In this document: positions 21,762 to 33,683 of the stretch, piece after piece
How positions within the stretch are numbered: position 1 is the stretch's first letter
Layout: each line of letters begins with the position of its first letter
From: an uncultured Clostridia bacterium
GTDB lineage: Bacteria > Bacillota > Clostridia > Christensenellales > DTU072
NCBI GenBank assembly: GCA_944349655.1
Contig: CALVNL010000005.1
Coordinates: 1 to 60,446, forward strand
DNA: 60,446 nt
Direction of reading: 5' to 3'
Position numbers and translations under genes: made by a program
The notes under the pieces: model-generated
Told to the model about the DNA's origin: nothing
Databases searched by the model: none
What the model saw: only the letters and a program-made list of their open reading frames with translations

Positions 21762-23511
21762 CGTCCTTCTTTTCCTTAAAGAAATAGATATCGTAATTTA
21801 TTACGTCGGCGTCCAGCACCTTCCTTATTTCGTCGGTAAGAACGCCTTGTTTCCGTAGCGTTTTGAGATCGCTGTAATCGCTGTTGACGAAATACTGGTA
21901 AAACCCTTCCATATATTCCTTTATTCTCGCAATCGGAACGTTATCGATATGACCGTTGATAAGATAAAGATAAATTATCTGCTTATCCACGCTCATCGGC
22001 GCGCCCTCGGCTTGTTTCAGTATTTCGGTGATTTTACGCCCCGACTCAAGTATTTTTCCGGTGGACTCGTCCATATCGCCGCCGAACTGCGAAAAAACGG
22101 CAAGCTCACGGTAATGGGCAAGATCCAAACGAAGTTTGGAGGCGAGTTTTCTTATAGCGGGATACTGCGCGCTGCCGCCCACACGGCTGACCGAAAGTCC
22201 CACGTTTACGGCAGGTCTTACGCCGGAGTGGAAAAGTTCGCTTTCCAAATAAATCTGTCCGTCGGTTATGCTTATTACGTTGGTGGGGATATACTGCGAA
22301 ATATCCCCCGCCTGGGTTTCGATAAGCGGTAAAGCCGTCATACTGCCGCCGCCTAAATTGTCGGCAAGCTGAGCGCTCCTTTCCAGCAATCTGGAATGGA
22401 TATAGAACACGTCTCCCGGGTATGCTTCCCTCCCCGAAGGGCGTTTGAGAAGCAAACTTATGGTACGGTAAGCGTTGGCGTGTTTGGAAAGGTCGTCATA
22501 GACTATCAAAACGTCTTTTCCCTGCGACATAAACTCTTCGCCTATGGCACAGCCGGTGTAAGGCGCGATATATTGCAACGCGGCGTTGTCGTCGGCGGTA
22601 CTCGCCACTATGACGGTATTTTTCATAGCGTCGGCGTTTTTCAATCTTTCTATAATTTTTGCTATCGTACCCGCCCTTTGCCCTATGGCTACGTAAATAC
22701 AGATAACTCCGCTTTTACGCTGGTTGATTATGGCGTCCACGGCGATACTGGTTTTCCCTGTCTGACGGTCGCCTATTATAAGTTCTCTCTGCCCTCTGCC
22801 TATAGGGACCATACTGTCTATCGCCAGTATACCCGTCATAAGCGGACGGGAAACTTTGCTCCTTTCTATAATTCCCGGAGCCGGACTCTCTATCGGACGC
22901 CTTTTCTCGCAATGCAACACGCTGTTGCCGTCCAAAGGCTTGCCGAGAGGATTGACTACCCTGCCCAAAAGAGCGTCGCCTACCGGTACTTCGACGATTT
23001 TACCCGTACCTTTAACGATATCTCCGTATTCGATATTGCTGCCGTCGGAAATGAGCATGGCTTTCACGCAGTCCGTCAAAAGGTTCATGGCGATGGCGTA
23101 GCTGCCTTTATCTATCTCCAGAAGTTCGAAATACCGACATTCGGTCAGCCCTTCCACGGTGATTATTCCGTCTGCGCTTTCGGTTACTCTTCCGTATTCC
23201 ACCGAGCCGGCTTTCCCGTCGAGAGAATCGAGCAACTCCTCTTTCCAGTTTCCCGGAAGACTTTTTTTATCGGAAAGGATCTGGTTTATATACTCCTCGC
23301 CTTTACGCTTGAAATCGTATAATGCCGACGCCACGCTCGCATCGTAAATCCTTTCCCCGTCCTCGATAACGACTCCGCCTAAAAGATTTTTATCTTCCAG
23401 ATAACGGAAAAACAATTCCTCGTCCCCGTATTTTTTATAAAAAGCGTCCTCGATCTTTTTCCGCTGCTGAACGGTCAGCGAAAGAGAGGACTTTACAACG
23501 ATATTACGCAT
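21748..23511 (-). CDS. atpA: F-type ATP synthase subunit alpha with an N-terminally fused delta C-terminal domain
   Basis: GDRQTGKT, PSGREAYPGDVFY and YIPTNVISITDGQI; residues 1-68 resemble the delta/OSCP C-terminal domain (DKNLLGGVVIEDGERIYDASV). Confidence 0.92.
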
Positions 23512-24037
23512 TGTTTTCCTCTTTGTTTTTCTTGTCGAGAGACTGAACGAGATTTTCTATGAAAACGTCGTTGTCCGAACTTTTAAGCTCCCTTCCGAGA
23601 AGTTTTTCGGAAATATCCACCGCAAGCCCCGATAAAGAATAATAAAAATTCTCCCTTTCGTTCTGCTGAGCGTTTTTACTGTCTTCCACCGCTTTCTTAA
23701 TGATCTCTTCGGCTTCCTCGTGCGCTCCCGCAATAATTTCCTGCGTTTGCACCATCGCAAGGGCGTGGGCTTCTTCGGCGATTTTAACCGCCTCCTCACG
23801 GGCCTTGTCCAGCATTTCTTCGGCTTTACGGGAACTTTCTTCGGTGAACTTTAAGGAATTCCGGTACTTTTCTTCCGCCGCTTTATATTCCTCGCTGCGT
23901 TTCTTTATGAATTTTTTTACGGGTTTGTAAAGTAAAAGATAAAGACATACCACGAGTATAACGAAATTCAGAAGATGCAGTAAAAATTCCTGGACGGTAA
24001 GTCCGAGTATAATTTCCTTTGCAAAAAATTCCGCCAT
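23504..24037 (-). CDS. atpF: F-type ATP synthase subunit b
   Basis: N-terminal TM (LLNFVILVVCLYLLLYKPV) followed by a long charged helix. Confidence 0.92.
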   Translation of the reverse strand: MAEFFAKEIILGLTVQEFLLHLLNFVILVVCLYLLLYKPVKKFIKKRSEEYKAAEEKYRNSLKFTEESSRKAEEMLDKAREEAVKIAEEAHALAMVQTQEIIAGAHEEAEEIIKKAVEDSKNAQQNERENFYYSLSGLAVDISEKLLGRELKSSDNDVFIENLVQSLDKKNKEENNA

Positions 24038-24056
24038 TTTTACCTCTTAACTCAAA

Positions 24057-24305
24057 TTACACTTTAATAACCAACAATATAGCTATCAGCAAACCGTATA
24101 TGGCCGTGGTTTCGGCAAAAGCAAGTCCCAACATAAGCGTGGTACGTATTTTGCCTTCGGCTTCGGGTTGACGGGCGATGGCTTCGACGGCTTTGCCGGT
24201 AGCAATACCGATACCGATACCTGCGCCTACGCCGGTGAAAGCGGCCACTGCGGCGCCGATTGCGTAAAGAGCTTCGCTGGTTATCGCAGCTAACATGTAA
24301 AACAT
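24057..24305 (-). CDS. atpE: F-type ATP synthase subunit c
   Basis: GAGIGIG, ARQPE loop and AETTAIY; true ATG at 24305 after AAGGAGG. Confidence 0.95.
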   Translation of the reverse strand: MFYMLAAITSEALYAIGAAVAAFTGVGAGIGIGIATGKAVEAIARQPEAEGKIRTTLMLGLAFAETTAIYGLLIAILLVIKV

Positions 24306-24319
24306 AAAAATACCTCCTT

Positions 24320-25006
24320 TTACTCCGCCGCCTCGGCTATGAACAAAGTGGACAGAGTAGCGAAAATATACGCCTGGATAAAGGCGTGGAATAACGTGGT
24401 TATCACGCTTACCGCAACGGGTACGACGTAAGACGTAAACACGAAACTGTAACACAGTTCCATAATAAGCAATCCGCTTACGATACTTCCGAACAGACGG
24501 AAACTCATACTTACGGGAACTGCCAGATCGGTAATAAGGTTAATGGGATTCAGATAATGTTTGAAACGTTTTACGCCGTGTGACTTGAAACCGAAAAAGA
24601 AAATCAGTCCGAAGGTGGAAATACCCATCGCGAGACAAGCGTTGAGATCTGCCATTATGGGACGGAAACCGAGTAGTTCCACGAGCGTCCCGAGTCCGAC
24701 GTAAAGAGCGGCAACGAGGATATATCCTCCGACGAAGTTGCCGTATTTCCCCTCCGCCATATTGGAAAAACCGCCCACTATGGTTTCCAGAATACCCTGA
24801 ATTTTACCAGGGACGTTTTTCATGTGGCGAATGACTGTCAAACGAAGAATAACTGCTATTAAAATCAGAAAAACCGATACGGCAAAGGCGGTATAGAAAC
24901 TCGGATTGACCATAATATCCGTACCGAACAAACTGACCTTTTCGGGAGACAACGCTTCCGATAATCTGTCTCCCACCTCTTCGGCGAGGAGCAAAGAATT
25001 AAACAT
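24320..25006 (-). CDS. atpB: F-type ATP synthase subunit a
   Basis: [13 protein letters not shown] (essential Arg) and IQAYIF. Confidence 0.93.
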   Translation of the reverse strand: MFNSLLLAEEVGDRLSEALSPEKVSLFGTDIMVNPSFYTAFAVSVFLILIAVILRLTVIRHMKNVPGKIQGILETIVGGFSNMAEGKYGNFVGGYILVAALYVGLGTLVELLGFRPIMADLNACLAMGISTFGLIFFFGFKSHGVKRFKHYLNPINLITDLAVPVSMSFRLFGSIVSGLLIMELCYSFVFTSYVVPVAVSVITTLFHAFIQAYIFATLSTLFIAEAAE

Positions 25007-25174
25007 AAACGCCTCTCAGAAATTTAATATTCCATTATAATATCACAATTCAATTCATTTAGCAAGCGATATCGCCGTCGTATAACTATTTATAATAGTT
25101 AATCTTCGGCAAAAGCGGGTTTTCCGTCAATTTTACTTGACTTTAGACGGTATTTTGTATAACATAAATTCATT

Positions 25175-25909
25175 ATGAAAACATTTACTTACGAAGACCT
25201 CAACGTAGTTTACGAAGATAACCACGTCATCGTGGTAGTCAAACCTCCCCTTGTTCCTTCCTGCCCCGACGGCACGGGCGACAAGGATATGCTTACGATA
25301 GTCAAAGAGTATCTTATTCATAAATACGACAAACCCGGCGACGCTTTCGCAGGGTTGGTGCACCGTCTCGACAGACCTACGGGAGGCGTTATGGTCTTTG
25401 CCAAAACTTCCAAAGCCGCTTCCCGCCTTTCCGAAAGTATCCGTAACGACGAAACCGAAAAAAAATACCTCGCCGTCGTAGTCGGAACTCCGAGAGAAAA
25501 AAACATAACCGAACTCACCAATTATCTGTTGAAAGACCCCGCCAAAAATATGGTTTACGTCGTACCGATGGCGACGGAGGGCGCTAAAAAAGCCGTTCTC
25601 GATTATACCACCATAGCTACCGACGGGAAACTGTCTTTAATTTCCGTTAAACTCCACACGGGACGAGCTCATCAGATAAGAGTTCAGATGTCCACCCTCG
25701 GCAATCCGCTTTTCGGAGACCAGAAATACGGTCAAGGTAAATCCCCCGCCGGTTTTAACCTCGCTCTCTGGGCATACGAACTGGTTATTCCCCACCCCAC
25801 TACCAAGGAAAGAATGGTTTTCAGAGTTTATCCTCCCGTGGAGGAAATCCCCTGGAAGTATTTCGATATAAACAGATATCTCGCAATAAGTATAAAAAAT
25901 ATATATTAA
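25175..25909 (+). CDS. RluA-family pseudouridine synthase
   Basis: YEDNHVIVVVKP, HRLDRPTGG, TGRAHQIRVQ and GDQKYG. Confidence 0.93.
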   Translation: MKTFTYEDLNVVYEDNHVIVVVKPPLVPSCPDGTGDKDMLTIVKEYLIHKYDKPGDAFAGLVHRLDRPTGGVMVFAKTSKAASRLSESIRNDETEKKYLAVVVGTPREKNITELTNYLLKDPAKNMVYVVPMATEGAKKAVLDYTTIATDGKLSLISVKLHTGRAHQIRVQMSTLGNPLFGDQKYGQGKSPAGFNLALWAYELVIPHPTTKERMVFRVYPPVEEIPWKYFDINRYLAISIKNIY

Positions 25910-25956
25910 GGTTATATGACGGTCGTAAAGACCGTTATTTTTTTTTCATAAAACGC

Positions 25957-25985
25957 TTGACAGACATATATATGTATTGTATGAT
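25957..25985 (+). promoter_or_regulatory. sigma-A promoter of the condensation-domain gene, with a palindrome in the spacer
   Basis: TTGACA-17-TATGAT; perfect 12-bp palindrome ACATATATATGT at 25964-25975. Confidence 0.6.
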
Positions 25986-26039
25986 ATACCTAATCAGATT
26001 AAATAGTAAAATCAATACAATATCTACGGAGGTTTAGGA

Positions 26040-27338
26040 ATGTTGACGAGAAAAGCGGAAATGTGGGACAAAATGCAATACCTTTTTCGGAATTACTACG
26101 ACAGAATGGTCCATATCGTAAGCAAAGTCCACGGAAAAATAGACCGTGACGCACTTACTAAGGCTATAGACGTATTGGTTTACAAAGTGGATATACTGCG
26201 ATGTTCTTTCAAAGCCCACCCCCTTTTCCCGCACTGGAGACTTCATAATCGCTACGACGTAAAGGAAATTATCGAATATATAACGGTCGAAGACATAGAA
26301 AAAGGCATAGACGAACATTTATGTATGTATATCCCTGCGGATTCTTCGTTTCAGCTTAGGGTAAAGGTCTTGGAATGCGGAGAGGAAAGCGCCTTTTTAC
26401 TGGTTATAAACCATATGTGTGCCGACGGGGGGGACAGCAAATATCTGATTAGTAAATTAACAGCCCTTTACGCCGATATACTGAAAGGCGGAGACGGAAG
26501 TTCGGTTGCGATAAAGCAAGGACGCAGGGACGCCAATCAGATCTACGACAGAATGTCCCCCGAAGAAATGAAAAAGGCAAAAAGCCTTTACAAGAATATT
26601 TCTCAAAGCAAAATAAACGTGGAGTTTCCTTTTGCCGCGGCTACGTCAAGCGAACCCGAGAAGGTAAGACTTTTCCGTACCCGTTACGAATGCGACTTCG
26701 TAAAAGCCCTTAACGAAGCGAGAAAAAAACAAAACGCCACGATGAACGATTTGCTGCTCGCCGCCTTTTTCCGCAACCTCTACAACTACCTGAAAGGCAA
26801 GGAAAAACATCTCAATATCGTTTCCATGATGGACTTACGCCGTTACTGCGGAGGAGAAACGTTGGGCGTTACCAATATGACGGGCTTTGCTCCCTGCGAT
26901 ATAGAAATAGAGGACGAACCCTTCCTCGTTACCCTCGACAAAGTCAAATCCCGTATGAACAAAAACAAACAAGACCCCTATATGGGACTTTACAGCCTGC
27001 CTTTATTGAAACTCGCCTTTACCGTTTTCCCGCACTTTATAAGCGAGATGGCTATTAAAATAGGTTACCAAAATCCTCTTATCGGTATGTCAAACATAGG
27101 AATAATGGAAAAAGAAAAATTCGCTTTCGCCGGGACGGTGCTGACCGATGCATTTATGACGGGAGCGGCAAAATACAAACCCTATATGCAGCTGACCACC
27201 ACTACCTTCGAAAACACAATGACTTTTTGCATAGCCGAAAGATGCACCGAAAGAGACGCGGATATCCTGACGGTTTTTTTAGCCGATTACAAAAAGCAGC
27301 TTCTCCGCTTCATAGAAGAAGTCAACGAAAAACAATAA
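26040..27338 (+). CDS. stand-alone condensation-domain / CoA-dependent acyltransferase (PapA5/ATF-like)
   Basis: HxxxD(G) motif NHMCADG, TMNDLLLAA, MDLRRY and SNIG; GGAGG RBS. Confidence 0.75.
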   Translation: MLTRKAEMWDKMQYLFRNYYDRMVHIVSKVHGKIDRDALTKAIDVLVYKVDILRCSFKAHPLFPHWRLHNRYDVKEIIEYITVEDIEKGIDEHLCMYIPADSSFQLRVKVLECGEESAFLLVINHMCADGGDSKYLISKLTALYADILKGGDGSSVAIKQGRRDANQIYDRMSPEEMKKAKSLYKNISQSKINVEFPFAAATSSEPEKVRLFRTRYECDFVKALNEARKKQNATMNDLLLAAFFRNLYNYLKGKEKHLNIVSMMDLRRYCGGETLGVTNMTGFAPCDIEIEDEPFLVTLDKVKSRMNKNKQDPYMGLYSLPLLKLAFTVFPHFISEMAIKIGYQNPLIGMSNIGIMEKEKFAFAGTVLTDAFMTGAAKYKPYMQLTTTTFENTMTFCIAERCTERDADILTVFLADYKKQLLRFIEEVNEKQ

Positions 27339-27358
27339 CCTTCCAAATAAATTTTCAC

Positions 27359-27394
27359 AAAAAAGACGGACGAGTTTTTTCGTCCGTCTTTTTT
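27359..27394. terminator. bidirectional intrinsic terminator
   Basis: AAAAAAGACGGACGA-gtttt-TCGTCCGTCTTTTTT between convergent genes. Confidence 0.85.
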
Positions 27395-27419
27395 GCTATC
27401 CTTATTTTTTATTTACTCT

Positions 27420-28052
27420 TTAAGTGCGGTTTTCTATCATCGATTTTACTTTCATAAGACGAATGGTATTAGACCTTTCGTTTTCGTCCAGTTTCATCGT
27501 GATATACTTGATGGTTTCCTCCAGTTGAGGTATCATAACGTATTCCAACGCGTTTACCCTGCGGCGGTTTTTTTCTATTTCGTCGGCGAGCATATTGCAG
27601 GCTTTTTCCACCTCGGCAAGATGTACCAGCTTGACCAGTACTTCGCTGAGGTTGGCTATGCTTCCGTCCAATTCCGCCGAAACTCCGGCAAAGGAATAAG
27701 GATAAAGTTCCTTCTTGTCTCCTTCTTTGACGGAAATCTGCGGTACCATTACGCTCATTACGTTTTTTTCCGAAGTTTCCAGCTCCACGCTGTAGCCGGG
27801 CATAGCCACGGCTTCTTCCATAACGGGTGCCGTCGTCACCGCACCGGCAAGCAAAAAAGAACGCAAAGCCGCGCTGACTTCCCCTTCGGTCTCTTCCCGC
27901 AGGCGTTTGTTTTCTTTTATAAGCACCATAAACTGCCTTATGGTTTCGTCCGCCTTGTCCTTCAGAAGTTTATGTCCTCTGACGGCGGTCTTGAGACGGG
28001 TTTTCAACCGTCTCAATTCCATTCTGGTCGGATTTACGTTTAGTCTCGCCAT
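27420..28052 (-). CDS. ntpD: V/A-type ATPase subunit D
   Basis: NVNPTRMEL, RGHKLLKDK and RRRVNALEYVMIP. Confidence 0.96.
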   Translation of the reverse strand: MARLNVNPTRMELRRLKTRLKTAVRGHKLLKDKADETIRQFMVLIKENKRLREETEGEVSAALRSFLLAGAVTTAPVMEEAVAMPGYSVELETSEKNVMSVMVPQISVKEGDKKELYPYSFAGVSAELDGSIANLSEVLVKLVHLAEVEKACNMLADEIEKNRRRVNALEYVMIPQLEETIKYITMKLDENERSNTIRLMKVKSMIENRT

Positions 28053-28067
28053 ATCTTCTCCAAAATA

Positions 28068-29441
28068 TTATTTTTTATCGTAAAATTCTTCCAGATACTC
28101 GTCTCTTATACGTTTGAGTTCGTTCCTCGGCAACAATTTCAGAAGGCTCCAACCTAAATTGAGAGTTTCCTCGATACTGCGGTTTTTCTGGAACCCTTGC
28201 GAAACGTACTGATTTTCGAATTCTTCTGCAAAAAGAGCAAACTTTCTGTCCACTTCCGTCAAAGCCGCTTCGCCGAGAATAGCCGAAAGTTCCTTGGCTT
28301 CCTTGCCTCGGGCGTATGCGCTGAACAACTGGTTCATCGTGTCGGCGTGGTCTTTGCGGGTCTTGCCTTTGCCGATACCCTTGTCCTTCAGACGGGAAAG
28401 CGAAGGCAATACGTCGATGGGAGGGGTGACACCTTTTTTGTAAAGTTCACGGCTCAATATGATCTGCCCTTCGGTTATATATCCCGTAAGGTCGGGAATG
28501 GGGTGGGTCTTGTCGTCTTCGGGCATGGTAAGGATAGGTATCTGAGTTATGGACCCTTTCTTTCCTCTGATACGCCCCGCCCTTTCGTATATGGTGGCAA
28601 GGTCGGTGTAAAGGTAACCCGGATAACCTCTTCTTCCCGGCACTTCCTTTCTCGCCGCGCTGACTTCACGCAACGCTTCGCAATAATTAGTTATGTCGGT
28701 GATGATGACCAGAACGTGCATATCGCATTCGAAAGCGAGGTACTCCGCCGCAGTCAAAGCCATACGGGGGGTGGCTATACGCTCTATAGCCGGGTCGTTT
28801 GCAAGGTTCATAAACAGTACCGTCCTGTCTATAGCCCCGGTTTTGCGGAAGTCGGAAATGAAATAATCCGCTTCCTCGAAGGTTATGCCTACCGCCGCAA
28901 ACACGACGGCGAATTTACTGTCGCTGTTGAGAACTTTCGCTTGTCTTGCTATCTGGGCGGCAAGTTCGGCGTGCGGAAGTCCCGACGCGCTGAACACGGG
29001 AAGTTTCTGCCCTCTTACGAGAGTGTTGAGCCCGTCTATAGCAGATATACCCGTCTGAATGAATTCGTCGGGGTAGTCGCGCGCCACGGGATTTATAGGT
29101 TGTCCGTTGATGTTTATCCTCTTGTCGGGGATTATGGGAGACCCGTTGTCTCTCGGTCTGCCCATTCCGTCGAATACCCTGCCCAGCATATCTTCGCTGA
29201 CGGCAAGTTCTATGCTCTTTCCGAGGAAACGGGCCTTTGCCGTGGATATCTTCAGTCCCGACGAACCCTCGAAAAGCTGTACCAAGGCTTTGTCGCCGTT
29301 GATTTCCAGAACCTTTCCGTTACGGCGTTCGCCGTTGTCCTGTTCTATCTCCACGAGTTCGTCGTACTTGACTCCTTCCACGCCCTCCACGAGCATCAAA
29401 GGTCCGACTACTTCTCTGATCGTCTTGTACTCCTTAAGCAT
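28068..29441 (-). CDS. ntpB: V/A-type ATPase subunit B
   Basis: [25 protein letters not shown] and [15 protein letters not shown]. Confidence 0.97.
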   Translation of the reverse strand: MLKEYKTIREVVGPLMLVEGVEGVKYDELVEIEQDNGERRNGKVLEINGDKALVQLFEGSSGLKISTAKARFLGKSIELAVSEDMLGRVFDGMGRPRDNGSPIIPDKRININGQPINPVARDYPDEFIQTGISAIDGLNTLVRGQKLPVFSASGLPHAELAAQIARQAKVLNSDSKFAVVFAAVGITFEEADYFISDFRKTGAIDRTVLFMNLANDPAIERIATPRMALTAAEYLAFECDMHVLVIITDITNYCEALREVSAARKEVPGRRGYPGYLYTDLATIYERAGRIRGKKGSITQIPILTMPEDDKTHPIPDLTGYITEGQIILSRELYKKGVTPPIDVLPSLSRLKDKGIGKGKTRKDHADTMNQLFSAYARGKEAKELSAILGEAALTEVDRKFALFAEEFENQYVSQGFQKNRSIEETLNLGWSLLKLLPRNELKRIRDEYLEEFYDKK

Positions 29442-29450
29442 TGCGCCCTC

Positions 29451-31211
29451 CTATCCTATCAAATCGGAAATTTCTTTCTTCAGTTCTTTGTCTATCTCGT
29501 CGAAACGGGCAATATCCTTTTCTTCGATATACTTGGCTCTGCCGATTTTTTCACGCACGTCGAGAGTAATGACATCCTCGATATCCACTCCCTTTATCAA
29601 TGCGTCCTGACCCAGTTCATAGAAAGAAATTATAAGTTTCAGCATCCTTAACTGTTTATTTAAGGACGCGTAAGTGTCGATTTCGTGGAAAGCGTTCTGG
29701 TGCAGATAGTCTTCTCTGACGGTCTTTGCCGTTTCCATCGTAAGGCGGTCCTTGGCGCCCAACGCGTCCATACCCACCAACCTGACTATTTCGTCCAGCG
29801 TGGCTTCTTCCTGTAGGATACTCATGGCTTTACGTCTTAAGGCGTTCCACTCTTTCCCCAGCTTGTCGTCGTACCAGTCGGCAAGACGGTCGGCGTAAAG
29901 GGAATAACTCTGCAACCAGTCGATAGCCGGGAAGTGACGTTTATAGGCAAGGGAGGCGCTCAGTCCCCAGAAAACCTTTACTATACGCAAAGTCGCCTGG
30001 CTGACGGGTTCGCTGAGGTCGCCCCCGGGAGGGCTGACCGCACCTATTGCGGTGACGCTTCCGGTTTTGCCCGAACTTCCCAGTACCTTTACTATACCCG
30101 CTCTTTCGTAGAATTCGGCAAGACGGCTGGATAGATATGCCGGATACCCTTCTTCGCCGGGCATTTCTTCCAGACGGCCGCTCATTTCTCTCAGCGCTTC
30201 CGCCCAACGAGAAGTGGAGTCCGCCATTATGGCTACGTTGTAACCCATATCTCTGAAATATTCGGCTATGGTGATACCCGTATAGATACTCGCTTCACGG
30301 GCGGCAACGGGCATATCCGAGGTATTTGCGATAAGCACGGTACGCTTCATGAGCGGTTCGCCTGTTTTCGGGTCGGTAAGTTCGGGGAACTCGTTCAGAA
30401 CGTCGGTCATCTCGTTGCCGCGTTCGCCGCACCCTACGTAAACTATAATATCGGCGTCCGCCCATTTTGCAAGCTGGTGCTGCACTACGGTTTTTCCGCT
30501 TCCGAACGGTCCGGGTACCGCCGCCACGCCGCCTTTGGTTATGGGGAAGAAGGTATCGATAACTCTCTGTCCCGTCACCATAGGCATATCGGGCGCAAGT
30601 TTTTCGTGATAAGGTCTGCCTTTACGGACCGAACACTTCTGTACCATGGTAAGCGGAATTTCCTTCCCGTCGTCGGTTTTTATTTTCGCAACGACTTCGT
30701 CTATGGTGTATTCTCCGTCGGCTATCGCGGTAAGTTTGCCGCTGACTCCCACGGGGACCATTATGGAATGACGAATGAGGTTGTTTTCCTGCACGAAACC
30801 CACTTCGTCCCCCGGGATAAGCACGTCGCCTACCTTGGCGGTAGGATTGAATTTCCATTTTTTCTCGTGGTCGAGCGCTCTTACTTCCACACCTCTTCCG
30901 ATACGGTCGCCGCTTTTTTCTCTCAAAGCGTTCAGAGGTCTTTGTATTCCGTCAAAAATACTTTCTATAAGCCCCGGTCCCAGTTCCACGCTCAACGGCA
31001 TACCCGTGGAAATAACTTCTTCTCCCGGTCCTATGCCTCCCGTCTCCTCGTAAACCTGTATGGACGCTTTATCTCCTCTCAGCTCTATTATTTCTCCTAT
31101 AAGGTGCGACTTCGACACTCTGACGACGTCGAACATCTTACATTCGCCCATACCTCCGGCCACTATCAAAGGTCCGCTGACCTTAATTACCTTTCCGCTT
31201 ACATTGCTCAT
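29451..31211 (-). CDS. ntpA: V/A-type ATPase subunit A
   Basis: [17 protein letters not shown] and [13 protein letters not shown]. Confidence 0.97.
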   Translation of the reverse strand: MSNVSGKVIKVSGPLIVAGGMGECKMFDVVRVSKSHLIGEIIELRGDKASIQVYEETGGIGPGEEVISTGMPLSVELGPGLIESIFDGIQRPLNALREKSGDRIGRGVEVRALDHEKKWKFNPTAKVGDVLIPGDEVGFVQENNLIRHSIMVPVGVSGKLTAIADGEYTIDEVVAKIKTDDGKEIPLTMVQKCSVRKGRPYHEKLAPDMPMVTGQRVIDTFFPITKGGVAAVPGPFGSGKTVVQHQLAKWADADIIVYVGCGERGNEMTDVLNEFPELTDPKTGEPLMKRTVLIANTSDMPVAAREASIYTGITIAEYFRDMGYNVAIMADSTSRWAEALREMSGRLEEMPGEEGYPAYLSSRLAEFYERAGIVKVLGSSGKTGSVTAIGAVSPPGGDLSEPVSQATLRIVKVFWGLSASLAYKRHFPAIDWLQSYSLYADRLADWYDDKLGKEWNALRRKAMSILQEEATLDEIVRLVGMDALGAKDRLTMETAKTVREDYLHQNAFHEIDTYASLNKQLRMLKLIISFYELGQDALIKGVDIEDVITLDVREKIGRAKYIEEKDIARFDEIDKELKKEISDLIG

Positions 31212-31246
31212 TTATCGATCTCCTTAATCTGAGAAGTTGCTTTCTT

Positions 31247-31567
31247 TTAATTTCCGTTCAGAATATCCGTACCTATGGCTTTTTCCACGTTACGGGATAT
31301 TCCGTTCATTCCGAACCCGTTGCTGCCCTGTGCTCCCGGTATGGGTATCACCGCCGGATACGGACGGGTCTTGTAACGGGCGATGATTTCCGACACGTTT
31401 TCGGCTATCTCTTCGGTAATGAATATAACCGCATAGCTTCGGGCGAGTTTCTTGAGAGTTTCCGCCGCGTCGAAATAATTTCTGACGTGGAAAACGTCCG
31501 CTCCTACGGCTTTGAATGCCAAAATACTGTCCTTATCGCCGATTACGGCAATTTTATTGTTACGCAT
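31247..31567 (-). CDS. ntpG: V/A-type ATPase subunit F
   Basis: KIAVIGDKDSILAFKAVG ... VEKAIGTDIL. Confidence 0.93.
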   Translation of the reverse strand: MRNNKIAVIGDKDSILAFKAVGADVFHVRNYFDAAETLKKLARSYAVIFITEEIAENVSEIIARYKTRPYPAVIPIPGAQGSNGFGMNGISRNVEKAIGTDILNGN

Positions 31568-32537
31568 AAAGTTCCCTCACTCGTTTCCGCATCTGATCGC
31601 GCGGAACTTTGTTCTTAATACACACAAGCACCACCCTTATAACTTTTATTTCGTTGAGTTTTGCAAGGTAATACCCGAGTATGGGCGCCACGGAAAACAT
31701 ATCCGTCTTGTTCACGGCGAAGATTCCAAGGAGGAAATTGTCTTGCGCCGTCTCGTAAGACGCCATATCCCCGTCGTTTACGGTTGCGAGAAAATCTTTG
31801 CAAGGGTTGTTTGAAAGTTCTTTCGTAAGTTTTGCGATATCCCCGTTACAATCGGTAAAGGTTTTCAAAGGAATACTTCCGCCTTCCAAAAATCCCTCTT
31901 CGAAAAATTTGTTTCCCGCGCCTATCTTCAGAGTTCGCAGGTAACTCGAAATATTGGTGGCGTCGATAAATACGGTAAAATATTCCTTAATGTATTTATC
32001 TGCGTCTTTGGAAAGCAGGGAATCGATTTCCTTATATAAAGCCTTGTCGAGGACTGTATCGATAAGACGGGGAGACCCCGCGCCCGTTTCGAACGCCCTG
32101 TCTATAATAGCGCACGCTTCTGCGACAAATGGGCTGAAATCGAGTTTTCCTTGCTCGAACCTTTCCTTAAGATAGGAAAAATCGTAATTCCCGTCGGGCA
32201 GGAGCATAGCTTCGTATTCTTTTATGCCTGCGTATTTTGCCTTGAACAGCACCTTTATATTGTGGTAATCGTTCCTGAGGAAAAAACACTCGAACCCCGC
32301 CCCTTCGGGGACGGTCTCCCTGACGAAAGAAGTGGCTATTCTTTCCTCCTCGCCGAGCAGAGTATAAAAATCCTCTCCGTCGGGGACCAACCCTCCGCCG
32401 TAGTTTATTTCCAGAAGGATACGCATTGCGTCGGAAAGCGTCTTACACTCCGTCATACGCATAAGTCTTTCGGTAGTTAAAAGATTTCCTTCCTTCGCCT
32501 TTGCTCTGGCGTTAGCGAATATCAACCCTTCTTTCAT
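31560..32537 (-). CDS. ntpC: V/A-type ATPase subunit C
   Basis: DYHNIKVLFK, YYLAKLNEIKVIR and RVRELYA. Confidence 0.9.
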   Translation of the reverse strand: MKEGLIFANARAKAKEGNLLTTERLMRMTECKTLSDAMRILLEINYGGGLVPDGEDFYTLLGEEERIATSFVRETVPEGAGFECFFLRNDYHNIKVLFKAKYAGIKEYEAMLLPDGNYDFSYLKERFEQGKLDFSPFVAEACAIIDRAFETGAGSPRLIDTVLDKALYKEIDSLLSKDADKYIKEYFTVFIDATNISSYLRTLKIGAGNKFFEEGFLEGGSIPLKTFTDCNGDIAKLTKELSNNPCKDFLATVNDGDMASYETAQDNFLLGIFAVNKTDMFSVAPILGYYLAKLNEIKVIRVVLVCIKNKVPRDQMRKRVRELYA

Positions 32538-33113
32538 TTATTCTCCAAACAACAATTCCGCAATAACCGGTTCGTACCGTTCTTTTACGGCTTTCATTTC
32601 CACTTCGAGAGTGAGGTTTTTGTCGCTCCCCTCGCCTTTTATTATCATTCCGCCGCGGAAAGGCGCATATCCGCCGAAACGGAATTTCTTACCCTTGTCC
32701 GCCGCTTTGCCCGAAAGCCATTTTGCGTTGACGAGTTTTTTGTCGTCTTCGGACAAAACCACTTCGTCGCCGTCGGACGCATACGAAAGCATACCGTCCA
32801 GTAACGCAAGATAAGCCGACGTATCCTCTTTAATAGCTTCTATGGCTTTTTCAAACGCCTCCGCCATAAGCTTCTGGCGGGTCTGAAGTATCATCTTCTT
32901 GACTTCGAGGTTGGCGACGGTGATTTTTCGCCGTATGTTTTCCTCTCTCTCGGCTATGGACTCAGCCATATTCTTTTCCCTGTAGATACGGGCGTCGTTT
33001 TCCGCAACGAGCAATATCTCCTTACCTCTGTTAGAGGCCTCTTCCAGGGTGGAATTCGCTATAATACGGGCGTCGGATATGATTTTGGCTACAATAGCTT
33101 CTTTACCTGTCAT
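32538..33113 (-). CDS. ntpE: V/A-type ATPase subunit E
   Basis: N-terminal coiled coil, GGMII and ending AELLF; operon position. Confidence 0.88.
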   Translation of the reverse strand: MTGKEAIVAKIISDARIIANSTLEEASNRGKEILLVAENDARIYREKNMAESIAEREENIRRKITVANLEVKKMILQTRQKLMAEAFEKAIEAIKEDTSAYLALLDGMLSYASDGDEVVLSEDDKKLVNAKWLSGKAADKGKKFRFGGYAPFRGGMIIKGEGSDKNLTLEVEMKAVKERYEPVIAELLFGE

Positions 33114-33141
33114 TTACAGTCCTACCTCGTAAATTACTTTT

Positions 33142-33636
<495 letters not shown>

Positions 33637-33683
33637 TTATTACCTCCTTGAAACAATCGTCTTTTTTGATTTGTTTTTTAATA

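Noticed and set aside
24306-24455. apparent 50-aa N-terminal extension of atpE
   Set aside because: Overlaps atpB; a strong AAGGAGG precedes the ATG at 24305, giving a normal 82-aa c subunit.
28197-29651. 484-aa plus-strand ORF
   Set aside because: Antisense shadow of ntpB/ntpA; no RBS or recognisable motifs.
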